Shown piece after piece: positions 28,620 through 37,661 of a DNA stretch of 37,691 bases (the first letter of the stretch is position 1; each line of letters starts with the position of its first letter). The translations under genes and the position numbers were made by a program. The stretch is from the sequence record SRR20825019_968; one strand, 5' to 3'. The notes under the pieces were generated by a model. The model saw only the letters and a program-made list of their open reading frames with translations. It was not told the origin of the DNA and did not search any database.

Positions 28620-29161
28620 AGTGTGAATTGACTGAATTAGAAGGAGTACTCATCTTGGAACCAAGAGTTTTTGGTGACGAACGAGGATCTTTTTTTGAGA
28701 GTTTTAATCAAGAACAGTTTGATAAATTGGTAGGAGGGACAACAACTTTTGTTCAGGACAATCAATCGATTTCTCAAAAAGGAGTGTTGCGAGGACTTCA
28801 TTTTCAGAACCCTCCATTTGCTCAAGGTAAATTAGTACGTGTGGTAAAAGGTGCCGTGATTGATGTTGCGGTAGACATCCGAAAGGAATCGCCAACATAC
28901 GGAAAACACGTGGCAGTTGAGCTTAGTGAGAATAATTTTAGACAGTTATGGATTCCTGCAGGATTTGCTCACGGATTCGTAGCATTGGAAGACGACACGA
29001 TCTTTGCGTATAAATGCACAAATAATTACGCTCCGCAAAGCGAAGGGTGCATCAAGTGGGATGATAAGACATTGAATATTAAATGGGGAATTGACGCTCC
29101 TATTGTTTCAGAAAAGGATCAAGAGGGAAATGATTTTCATACATTTGCATCAGCCTTTTAA
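28616..29161 (+). CDS. rfbC: dTDP-4-dehydrorhamnose 3,5-epimerase
   Basis: FGDERG.F.ESF, FVQDNQS.S..GVLRGLHFQ, QGKLVRV, GFAHGF. Confidence 0.96.
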   Translation: MKCELTELEGVLILEPRVFGDERGSFFESFNQEQFDKLVGGTTTFVQDNQSISQKGVLRGLHFQNPPFAQGKLVRVVKGAVIDVAVDIRKESPTYGKHVAVELSENNFRQLWIPAGFAHGFVALEDDTIFAYKCTNNYAPQSEGCIKWDDKTLNIKWGIDAPIVSEKDQEGNDFHTFASAF

Positions 29162-29170
29162 ACTTTTTAA

Positions 29171-30241
29171 GTGTCACTGAAACTTTTACAACTTTTATGT
29201 TTTGGACTCGGAGGAGTACTTGTGGCTATTGTCACGAATGTACTGCTGTTGCATTTTGCACGTTCTCTGGGAATCCGAAACAAAAATGATATTGTCGTTC
29301 GCTGGAGTAGTGAATCAAAACCATCTTTAGGAGGTGTAAGTTTCTTTGTGGTGTTTATTTTCGCTTCTATTGCCTATTCTATCGTGTTTGATGAGGTGAA
29401 TATTTTTCAAAATAAGAAATACGTAGGATTACTTTTGGCAGGTTCTATTTCATTCGTAATGGGATTAGCCGATGATGCCTACAACACTAAGCCATTGATG
29501 AAATTGTTTATTCAAATAGCCTGTGGCGTGCTATTCGTGTGGACGGGTTCGTATATTCAGGTCTTTGATAGCTTTGCGCTGAACGCAATCTTAACGGTCA
29601 TGTGGGTTGTAATTGTAATGAATTCCTTGAATATGCTCGATAATATGGATGGAATTACGGGAACAACCGTATTTTTTATTCTAGCATCTTGCCTCTTTGC
29701 AGGCTGGATTATTTTTGATTTGAATACGAATATTTGGACCCTGTTACTTATCTCCGTTATTGGAGCAATTCTCGGGTTTTTAACGATGAATGTTCACCCC
29801 TCGAAATTATTCATGGGAGACGCAGGATCTCAATTTATTGGTTGTTTTGTCGGTTATTTTGGAATTGAGTATTTGTGGAATTCAGGCGTACACATGAAGC
29901 AATCTCCTTGGCTCGGTGTATTCGTTGCCTTAGTGGCATTCACCCCAGCGGCAGTAGATACACTCACGGTTGTCATAAACAGGCTTCGAAGAGGTCAATC
30001 TCCAATGGTTGGAGGTAAAGATCATACAACACACCATCTTGTATATGCAGGTCTCACAGACCGAAAAGTATGGTATGTATTTGTGATAATTGGGTTGTTT
30101 GCAACAATCTTGTCCGTTTTCATGATAAATCTAATGAAGCTAAATGTAGTTGCGCCTATTGCCTTTTTTATACTTTATACCGCCTTTGTATTCGTACTTC
30201 TGTACAGAAATACACTAAAGTATCCAGCTCCTAGAAAGTAG
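29171..30241 (+). CDS. MraY/WecA-family polyprenyl-phosphate sugar-1-phosphate transferase
   Basis: GTG start; PSLGG, GLADD, NSLNMLDNMDG, LFMGDAGS, DHTTHHL; about 11 TM. Confidence 0.88.
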   Translation: MSLKLLQLLCFGLGGVLVAIVTNVLLLHFARSLGIRNKNDIVVRWSSESKPSLGGVSFFVVFIFASIAYSIVFDEVNIFQNKKYVGLLLAGSISFVMGLADDAYNTKPLMKLFIQIACGVLFVWTGSYIQVFDSFALNAILTVMWVVIVMNSLNMLDNMDGITGTTVFFILASCLFAGWIIFDLNTNIWTLLLISVIGAILGFLTMNVHPSKLFMGDAGSQFIGCFVGYFGIEYLWNSGVHMKQSPWLGVFVALVAFTPAAVDTLTVVINRLRRGQSPMVGGKDHTTHHLVYAGLTDRKVWYVFVIIGLFATILSVFMINLMKLNVVAPIAFFILYTAFVFVLLYRNTLKYPAPRK

Positions 30242-30271
30242 AAGTTCATAAGAGTTTCTTAACTTCGTGTA

Positions 30272-31177
30272 ATGATCAAAATCTTCTCAAAAAGCATTCT
30301 TCTCGCTGTGTTGATTTTTAGCTCTGTTGCTTGCAATTCCCCAAGTAATCAGGCTGATAAGAAAGTGGAATCAAGTACCCCAGTTTTAGGTAATACAGGA
30401 CATGTCATTCCTCCAATTCCAGAGAAAATGGCGTATTGTGGAATGGAAATTCCGCTAGATAACTTCGACATTCGGGAGCGACTTGATCGTGAATTGATAA
30501 TTAACGCTCACTTTCATAGCTCAACGATTCAAATTCTTAAAAAAGCAGGGAGATTCTTCCCAGAAATTGAACGAATTCTAAAAGAAGAAAATGTTCCAGA
30601 TGATCTTAAATATCTCTGCGTAATCGAGAGTGCATTGGCACAAGCAACCAGTCCAACAGGCGCAAAGGGATTTTGGCAATTCATGCCGCAAACAGGAAAG
30701 GAATTTGGATTGGAAATTACAAATGAGGTTGATGAACGATTGGACGTCGAAAAAAGTACTAGAGCAGCGTGCAATTACCTAAAACGATCCCAAGGCAATT
30801 TCAATAATTGGATTTTAACTTCGGCTTCGTATAATTGCGGTGTAGGCGGGCTCTCTTCGGTAATGGAACAGCAAGGTCAATCTGATTTCTTTAGTTTATA
30901 CCTTAATAGTGAAACATCGCGCTACATTTTTAGAATTCTCGCACTGAAAATTATAATGGAAAATCCAGCGTCGGTTGGCTTTGATTTAAGCAGCGAAGAA
31001 GTGTATCAACCAGTGCCAGTTAAAGAATTAAAAGTAACAGAATCGATTAAGAGCCTTTCTGCTTGGGCAAATGAAAACGGATCGAATCTTCAAATGCTAA
31101 AAGTGTTGAATCCCTGGTTAGTCGGGAATTCACTCACGATAAAGAACAAAACATTCACACTAAAAATACCTCAATAA
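30272..31177 (+). CDS. Lytic transglycosylase (MltD/SLT family) lipoprotein
   Basis: Lipobox SVAC; YLCVIES (catalytic Glu), AKGFWQFM, DERLD, SYNCG, ETSRY; degenerate LysM-like C-terminus (LKVLNPWL..LKIP). Confidence 0.9.
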   Translation: MIKIFSKSILLAVLIFSSVACNSPSNQADKKVESSTPVLGNTGHVIPPIPEKMAYCGMEIPLDNFDIRERLDRELIINAHFHSSTIQILKKAGRFFPEIERILKEENVPDDLKYLCVIESALAQATSPTGAKGFWQFMPQTGKEFGLEITNEVDERLDVEKSTRAACNYLKRSQGNFNNWILTSASYNCGVGGLSSVMEQQGQSDFFSLYLNSETSRYIFRILALKIIMENPASVGFDLSSEEVYQPVPVKELKVTESIKSLSAWANENGSNLQMLKVLNPWLVGNSLTIKNKTFTLKIPQ

Positions 31178-31178
31178 A

Positions 31179-33983
31179 TTGGCGAAAGAATTAGATCAAA
31201 TTGAAGTTTACGGTGCACGCGAGCACAATCTGAAGAATGTTGACTTAATTATTCCTCGAAATAAACTGGTTGTATTCACTGGATTGAGTGGATCAGGGAA
31301 GTCCTCACTCGCTTTTGACACGATTTTCGCCGAAGGACAACGAAGGTATATTGAAACGTTTTCTTCCTATGCTCGACAGTTTTTGGGTGGATTGGAACGA
31401 CCAGATGTAGATAAAATAGAAGGATTAAGTCCCGTAATTTCGATTGAACAAAAAACCGTTTCAAGATCGCCACGTTCTACCGTTGGAACAATTACGGAAA
31501 TCTATGATTTTCTTCGACTTCTTTTTGCGCGAGCAGGAACGGCGTACTCGTACGAAACAGGGGAGGAAATGGTCAAATATTCGGATGAGCAGATCGTTGA
31601 CCTCATTCTTGAAAAATATAAGGACAAAAAAGTAATCGTTCTCGCGCCAAAAATTAAAGGACGAAAAGGTCATTACCGCGAATTATTTGAGCAAATCCAG
31701 AAAATGGGTTTTACGAAAGTTCGAGTAGACGGTGAACTCCAAGACATTGTTAAAGGAATGAAGCTGGATCGCTATAAAATTCACGACATTGATATGGTGA
31801 TCGACCGTTTGGTGGTGAGCGAAAAAGATAGACAGCGCATTTACGACTCGGTGACAACCGGAATGAAACATGGAGGGAAAACCATTATGATTATGGATTT
31901 CGACTCCGGTGAAGTCCGTCATTTTAGCCGATTATTGATGTGCCCAACGTCAGGAATCAGTTATCCAGAACCAGAGCCAAGTTTGTTTTCATTTAACTCT
32001 CCGTACGGTGCGTGTAAAACATGCAGCGGATTAGGAGAAGTTTCCGAAGTGGACTTGGATAAAATAATTCCAGATCCATCAAAATCAATTAAGAAAGGTG
32101 GATTAGCGCCGCTTGGAGATTACAAGCGAACGTGGATTTTTGAGAGATTGGAATCGTTACTCACGCAGGAAGGTTATAAAATCGACACACCGATTCAAGA
32201 TATCGACGAAGAAGTAATGAATGTTGTTCTTCACGGAAATGAAGGAATGGAACGTTCGAGAAAAAGCAATGCCATCGTTTTTGAAGGTGTGATTAGTTTC
32301 ATTTCCCGCCATTCGGAAGAAAGTTCTGCGGCAATTCAGCGATGGGCGCAAAGCTTTATGAATAAAGACGTTTGTCCAACGTGTGAAGGCACTCGAATCA
32401 AGAAAGAAGCTCATTTCTTTAAAATTGGCGGAAAAAATATTGGTGAATTATCCCAAATGGATATTTCTGATGTAAGCGAATGGTTTAAGACGGTGAATGA
32501 TCACTTGTCGAAGAACAATAAGATGATCGCAGAAGAAATTCTGAAGGAGATCAACGCGCGATTGGGATTTATCGTTGAAGTTGGGTTGACATATCTAACT
32601 CTACATCGCTCCGCAAAAACACTTTCGGGAGGAGAAGCACAACGGATTCGTTTAGCAACCCAGATCGGAAGTGAACTCATGAACGTTCTCTATGTATTGG
32701 ATGAACCTTCTATTGGTTTGCATCAACGAGATAATTCTCGATTAATTCGATCTCTTCAACGATTGCGCGATACAGGAAATTCGGTGATTGTTGTAGAGCA
32801 CGACAAAGAAATGATCGAAGCGGCTGATTTTGTCGTAGATATCGGTCCTGGCGCAGGGGTAAATGGAGGAAGAATTGTGAATGCTGGTCCTATTGACCAA
32901 CTTAATCAAAATGAATCACTCACGACCCAGTATTTGCAAGGCTTGCGGAAAATTGAAATTCCAGAGAAACGCAGAAAAGGAAACGGAAAGAAACTAGTTT
33001 TAAAAGGCGCGACAGGAAGAAATTTACAGAATGTTGATCTAGAGATTCCGCTAGGAACGATGGTTTGCATTACGGGAGTTTCAGGAAGTGGAAAGTCATC
33101 GCTGATAAATCAAACGCTCTATCCGATTTTATTGAGGGAAATTTACCGTGGAGTGAAGAAACCGCTTCCGTATAAATCAATCAAGGGAATTGAACATTTG
33201 GATAAAGTGATTGAAATCGATCAAAGTCCAATCGGAAGGACTCCGCGATCAAATCCTGCAACGTATACAAAGCTCTTTGATGAAATTCGGTCGCTTTTTG
33301 CAAGTTTACCCGAAGCTCAAATTCGTGGTTACAAAGCGGGAAGATTCTCTTTCAACGTAACTGGCGGTCGCTGTGAAACCTGCAAGGGCGGTGGAATGAA
33401 GGTCATTGAGATGAACTTTTTACCCGATGTTCTCGTGGAATGCGAAACGTGTAACGGTAAACGCTACAATAGAGAAACACTGGAGGTTCGTTTCAAAGGA
33501 AAATCAATTAGTGATGTGCTAGAAATGACGATTTCGAACGCGACTGGCTTCTTTCAGAGTATTCCGAAAATCAGTAGAATTTTATCGACATTGGAATCGG
33601 TTGGGTTGGGATATGTGACGCTTGGTCAACCTTCAACAACGCTGTCTGGTGGTGAAGCACAGCGGATTAAATTATCGTCTGAACTAGCCAAGAAAAGCAC
33701 TGGAAGCACGATGTACATTTTGGACGAACCATCTACTGGACTTCATTTTGAGGACATTAAAATGCTTCTTGCGGTCTTACAGCGATTAGTGGACGAAGGA
33801 AATACCGTTTTGGTGATCGAACACAATTTGGACATCGTCAAAGTGGCGGATCACATTGTGGACATCGGTCCTGAAGGAGGAAAAGGAGGTGGATTTATCA
33901 TTGCTGAAGGAACACCTGAACAAGTGGTAAAGAAGGCGTTGAAAACGTCTCATACGGCACATTATTTAGCGATGGAATTATAG
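31179..33983 (+). CDS. uvrA: Excinuclease ABC subunit A
   Basis: TTG start; GAREHNLKN, two Walker A motifs ([18 protein letters not shown]), two LSGGEAQRI signatures, zinc-finger CxxC pairs. Confidence 0.98.
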   Translation: MAKELDQIEVYGAREHNLKNVDLIIPRNKLVVFTGLSGSGKSSLAFDTIFAEGQRRYIETFSSYARQFLGGLERPDVDKIEGLSPVISIEQKTVSRSPRSTVGTITEIYDFLRLLFARAGTAYSYETGEEMVKYSDEQIVDLILEKYKDKKVIVLAPKIKGRKGHYRELFEQIQKMGFTKVRVDGELQDIVKGMKLDRYKIHDIDMVIDRLVVSEKDRQRIYDSVTTGMKHGGKTIMIMDFDSGEVRHFSRLLMCPTSGISYPEPEPSLFSFNSPYGACKTCSGLGEVSEVDLDKIIPDPSKSIKKGGLAPLGDYKRTWIFERLESLLTQEGYKIDTPIQDIDEEVMNVVLHGNEGMERSRKSNAIVFEGVISFISRHSEESSAAIQRWAQSFMNKDVCPTCEGTRIKKEAHFFKIGGKNIGELSQMDISDVSEWFKTVNDHLSKNNKMIAEEILKEINARLGFIVEVGLTYLTLHRSAKTLSGGEAQRIRLATQIGSELMNVLYVLDEPSIGLHQRDNSRLIRSLQRLRDTGNSVIVVEHDKEMIEAADFVVDIGPGAGVNGGRIVNAGPIDQLNQNESLTTQYLQGLRKIEIPEKRRKGNGKKLVLKGATGRNLQNVDLEIPLGTMVCITGVSGSGKSSLINQTLYPILLREIYRGVKKPLPYKSIKGIEHLDKVIEIDQSPIGRTPRSNPATYTKLFDEIRSLFASLPEAQIRGYKAGRFSFNVTGGRCETCKGGGMKVIEMNFLPDVLVECETCNGKRYNRETLEVRFKGKSISDVLEMTISNATGFFQSIPKISRILSTLESVGLGYVTLGQPSTTLSGGEAQRIKLSSELAKKSTGSTMYILDEPSTGLHFEDIKMLLAVLQRLVDEGNTVLVIEHNLDIVKVADHIVDIGPEGGKGGGFIIAEGTPEQVVKKALKTSHTAHYLAMEL

Positions 33984-33992
33984 GGTATTATT

Positions 33993-34061
33993 CTTCCAAA
34001 CCTTCAAGTGCACCTCTAATCGATTCATTGAAGAAAAAGAAGTGCTCTTGAAGTATGGAGG
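33993..34061. terminator. Imperfect long hairpin between convergent uvrA and EF-hand genes (possible bidirectional terminator or stability element)
   Basis: cttccaaaccttcaagtgcacctct (33993-34017) pairs with agaagtgctcttgaagtatggagg (34038-34061), with about 3 mismatches and 1 bulge; no clear U-tract. Confidence 0.35.
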
Positions 34062-34083
34062 GTTACTAATTCATTGAACTGTC

Positions 34084-34401
34084 CTAATTTCGTTGAGGTG
34101 GTTTTTGTCCACCAGGACCACCTTTTGGCTTAGGAGCATTTTTAAATTCTTCTCGCGTGATAAAACCATCACTGTTCGTATCTATTTTATCAAAATCATT
34201 CAGAAGCGGTCCTGAAACTTCTGATTTAGATAATTTTCCATCATTGTTGGTGTCCATTTTAAATACTTCATCAATACTTGGCGGTCCACCAGGTCCTTGT
34301 TCGACTTGCGCATTGTTTTTCTCAAAATCAGACTCTACTTTAGAGCTTGCACAAGCAGTTAGAAGTATAAAAGCACTGAATGCTAACGTTATTTTTTTCA
34401 T
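34084..34401 (-). CDS. Small EF-hand calcium-binding lipoprotein
   Basis: Start set at ATG 34401 (MKKITLAFSAFILLTAC, lipobox LTAC); two canonical loops DTNNDGKLSKSE and DTNSDGFITREE flanked by Gly/Pro-rich segments. Confidence 0.85.
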   Translation of the reverse strand: MKKITLAFSAFILLTACASSKVESDFEKNNAQVEQGPGGPPSIDEVFKMDTNNDGKLSKSEVSGPLLNDFDKIDTNSDGFITREEFKNAPKPKGGPGGQKPPQRN

Positions 34402-34491
34402 GTCCTTCAATTTAAAGCTACAATTTTATTAGACTTTAAATTCATCGAAAACCTTCGCGGAAACTCTAAATAATGACAGTTTCGCAGATAA

Positions 34492-35691
34492 TCAATGCTT
34501 GAAATCCTTTTTTCGAATAATGTATTTGCGGTACATGGCTTTTTCACGAATCTTGAAGAAGAGTATTTTCTTGGCAACATCATTCGTTTTACATTTTCCA
34601 AATGCCTCTCTTTTTTCCAAGCTCAGATTTGCATTTACAAAAGGCATTCGCAGCGTATCACCAGAGTTATTGAGTGCTACCGCAGAAATCAATGGCTCCG
34701 AGCAAGGACAAGAGAGTCTGAAAACTGCCTTATGTTTGGTTACTTTATATGGGAGGTAAACGCCAGCAGGTTTGTCAAAGGAGATTTTCGCATTAACTAA
34801 ATCAACGCCTTTTGCTTTGATTTTAACTTTAGGAGGTTTAATAGGCTTTACGTCGAAATTAATTTTTCCGCTTTTGCAGACTTCGGTTTCGTAATATTTT
34901 CTTCCGCCAAGCTCAACAATTTTTAATTCTGAGGTTTTAATTTCATCCCATCTTCCATCGGGTGTTACTCCCCATACGCTGTAGTTCAATATTTCACCAC
35001 ACGTTTCTCTAACTGGAATTCGAACTTTTGCGCATACTCCAGAGCACAAGTTAATGTCAAACATTCCACCAGAAATAAGTGGTTGATTATTTGACGTCAT
35101 AGTTGTTAGGTTAGACGCGCGAATTGCAGAACCCTCGTTGTATTCGGACAATGAAAAGCAATCTTCATTCTTGAGATAATCACAAACATTCATAGTTATG
35201 TGGGTTCCTTGCGGAAAAATGAGCGTGGTATCATAAGAACAATCCTGTATAACACTCTTTTCTACGTCTGGCCGAGGTTCAATTTCGGGTTCCTTTTTTA
35301 CAGAGAGAACAATATCAACACGACGATTGTTTTGCTTTCCTGATATACTCGTGTTAACATCAGCAGGTTGATCTTCTCCGTAAAATTTCGCGGATACTTT
35401 TTTTGTGGTAACGTTCAACCCAGAAAGTTGTTCTTTCACGGTTTCTACTCTCCGTTTGGATAAATCTAAGTTATATTCAGAACTCGCATCGCTATCTGTG
35501 TGACCACTTAATTCGATTGACTCTATGACTCCGTCTCCAATTTTGGAAATGAAGGCATCTAGCTTTTTTTGTTCCGCTGGACTAATCACATGCTTGTCTG
35601 TATCGAAAAAGACAGTATGCGTAGCTGCGGTTTGAGCATTGGAATTTGAATAAAGGAGGAGAAAAAAGAAAAGTCTAGTGATCGTTTTCAT
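34492..35691 (-). CDS. OmpA-family peptidoglycan-binding domain protein with an uncharacterised Cys-containing C-terminal region
   Basis: Signal peptide, then VFFDTDK, IELSGHTD..YNLDLSKRR..V, YGE..P, NRRVDI; about 260 aa of unknown C-terminal sequence. Confidence 0.85.
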   Translation of the reverse strand: MKTITRLFFFLLLYSNSNAQTAATHTVFFDTDKHVISPAEQKKLDAFISKIGDGVIESIELSGHTDSDASSEYNLDLSKRRVETVKEQLSGLNVTTKKVSAKFYGEDQPADVNTSISGKQNNRRVDIVLSVKKEPEIEPRPDVEKSVIQDCSYDTTLIFPQGTHITMNVCDYLKNEDCFSLSEYNEGSAIRASNLTTMTSNNQPLISGGMFDINLCSGVCAKVRIPVRETCGEILNYSVWGVTPDGRWDEIKTSELKIVELGGRKYYETEVCKSGKINFDVKPIKPPKVKIKAKGVDLVNAKISFDKPAGVYLPYKVTKHKAVFRLSCPCSEPLISAVALNNSGDTLRMPFVNANLSLEKREAFGKCKTNDVAKKILFFKIREKAMYRKYIIRKKDFKH

Positions 35692-35822
35692 TAAATAGTT
35701 TTAGAGTAGTAAAACGGCTCGCCGCGAAAGATATTGGAAATTAGCTGAATGAATGAAAATTCAGGCGTTTTTCGGTAGAATTTAAAGGTTTTGAAGGGAA
35801 ATTGAATCAAATTGAACGTTTT

Positions 35823-35847
35823 TGAACTTGTTCTGTACCTAAGCGTA
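35823..35847 (+). promoter_or_regulatory. Putative ECF sigma promoter TGAAC-N16-CGTA upstream of the MORN-repeat gene
   Basis: tgaac (35823-35827) + 16 nt + cgta (35844-35847), 15 nt before ATG 35863; matches the generic AAC-N16/17-CGT ECF layout. Confidence 0.4.
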
Positions 35848-35862
35848 TAAAAATTGATCCAC

Positions 35863-37581
35863 ATGAAAACAATTATCACTTCTATGCTCTTCGTAATACT
35901 TGCTCAGCAGGTTTCTGCGAAGAATTTTTACGACCAGTTATGCGAATTCAACCCAAATTGGTCGAAGTATGAAACGCGAATTCAACAGAAAGACGCAAAA
36001 CAATTTACTTCCGAGACGGAGTACATTCAAGCGCATTTAACCTCAGTACTGTCCGTTCTAAGAACAAATCCAACAGATCATTTAAGTGCGTATCAACTCG
36101 ATTCACGTGCGCATTTAATCGGAGTACTTGACGGCTATCGACAAGATGGAAGATTTCCAATCAACTACTATCGAAATGAGCGAATTCCTGTATTTATCGA
36201 CGAGCATAATACTCATTGCGCCGTTGGTTTTTTAATGCAAGAAACAGGTTTCGACTTTCTCGCAAACGAGATTTCGCAAAACGACAATTATGTATGGGTG
36301 AAAGACATTAACGATGCGAGAGTCCTTGAGTGGCAAGACGCTTCTGGATTTACACTTGAAGAATTAAAAATTATCCAAGGAGCGTATGATTTTTACTACC
36401 CTGATGCATTTATTGCTCCAAACAAGTATGAGATTCCACAGAAACCAGCGTGTACTATCGTGTATTTTGAAGATCAACAAACAGGAAAAGAATTAGCTCA
36501 TACAGCAGAGAATGTTTGGTTTTATGGCGAAGGAAAAAGCGGTGTGTTGAATGGTCGATGGGAACAAAACTACGGTGTTGGAATTCCATGGATCGTTGGT
36601 TATTACAAAAATGGTAAGCGCACCGGACAATGGAAAGAATACTATCAAGGAACCGACAAATTATGTCGAACTGAGAACTGGAGAGACGATAAACTCAACG
36701 GAGTTCGAATCCGCTTCGATATGTCGGGAGAGATTGTAGAAGAAATCATGTTCAAAGATGGAGAAGCAGTAACGAAAACAAATTATGATCGTGCACAAGG
36801 AATTAAAGCCGTGAGAACGCCATTGGATTCTGTGATGTTATACAACGAAACTTACACCTTGGAAGGAAGACTTTTAGCGACTGGTGTTGAGCGGGTTCAT
36901 AATCCTGGAAATTTGTTGTGGTTTCAAAACATCGAACTAACCGCGCTTAATTCTGTCGCAATCACAGCGCGATCAGCAATTCAGGAAGTTGAAACTCCCT
37001 TCGACGGTGGAATGAGTAGCGGAATGGGCGGTAGATCCCATCGTTCATTGAGCAGAAACCTGTTCCAAACTCCAGCACTTGTTGAATACAAAAAGGAAGG
37101 AAAATGGATGTTTTACGGTGACTCTGATCAATCGTTAGCAGCTGAAGGAAGTCGTGCGTTGTCGCTTTCGAATCGAATTCAAACAGATTTTCAGCATTTT
37201 GGAGTTGAATTAAGTAGATCTGCGTCTATAATGAATGAGCTCAGCGTTAAAAGTAAATTTGATTCTGTGGTTGTTCATTACGAGAATAATACCGTGTATG
37301 ATTTCTTAGGATACGGGCAGAATGAATTTAAGCACTTGCACTTTGCATACCATGATAGCAGCCCTATAACTCCGGATCTTAGCAATTACGTGATCAACCA
37401 AGGGTATAACCGTTCATTTGAGATCGAAACGTACCCGCGTATAAAAGAAGCTGGAGAATATAACGCAAACGGCTATCGAATCGGTGAATGGAAGCATTTT
37501 GATATACATCAACAATTATACAGCGTAGAAAAGTACTTGATTCCTAAGAAAGAGGAAGTCCTTGTTCTCGGAAGGAATTAA
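35863..37581 (+). CDS. Secreted hypothetical protein: unknown N-terminal Cys/His-motif domain plus MORN-variant (YwqK-like) repeats
   Basis: Signal peptide MKTIITSMLFVILAQQVSA; motif FPINYY..RIPVFIDEHNTHCAVGFLM; repeats GVLNGRWEQNY, GYYKNGKRTGQWKEYY, DDKLNG, KKEGKWMFY, GYRIGEWKHF. Confidence 0.8.
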   Translation: MKTIITSMLFVILAQQVSAKNFYDQLCEFNPNWSKYETRIQQKDAKQFTSETEYIQAHLTSVLSVLRTNPTDHLSAYQLDSRAHLIGVLDGYRQDGRFPINYYRNERIPVFIDEHNTHCAVGFLMQETGFDFLANEISQNDNYVWVKDINDARVLEWQDASGFTLEELKIIQGAYDFYYPDAFIAPNKYEIPQKPACTIVYFEDQQTGKELAHTAENVWFYGEGKSGVLNGRWEQNYGVGIPWIVGYYKNGKRTGQWKEYYQGTDKLCRTENWRDDKLNGVRIRFDMSGEIVEEIMFKDGEAVTKTNYDRAQGIKAVRTPLDSVMLYNETYTLEGRLLATGVERVHNPGNLLWFQNIELTALNSVAITARSAIQEVETPFDGGMSSGMGGRSHRSLSRNLFQTPALVEYKKEGKWMFYGDSDQSLAAEGSRALSLSNRIQTDFQHFGVELSRSASIMNELSVKSKFDSVVVHYENNTVYDFLGYGQNEFKHLHFAYHDSSPITPDLSNYVINQGYNRSFEIETYPRIKEAGEYNANGYRIGEWKHFDIHQQLYSVEKYLIPKKEEVLVLGRN

Positions 37582-37618
37582 ACGCTCTATTAAATAAATT
37601 GCTGAGTGAGTAAACGGG

Positions 37619-37660
37619 AAACGCCATTTCAACTTGTTTTGAAATGGCGTTTTTTATTTT
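37619..37660 (+). terminator. Rho-independent terminator
   Basis: Perfect 14-bp stem aaacgccatttcaa / ttgaaatggcgttt, 6-nt loop and T-tract, 37 nt after the stop at 37581. Confidence 0.88.
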
Positions 37661-37661
37661 T

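Noticed and set aside
31276..32414. Several 60-85-aa ORFs within uvrA
   Set aside because: Shadow ORFs inside a highly conserved gene
34407..34800. Small ORFs 34407-34601 (-), 34495-34800 (+) and 34499-34759 (+)
   Set aside because: They overlap the OmpA-domain CDS in other frames or antisense, with no supporting motifs
36520..36790. YwqK-like repeats as the antitoxin of a toxin-antitoxin or polymorphic toxin system
   Set aside because: No adjacent toxin gene; the protein has a signal peptide, and MORN-variant repeats are generic
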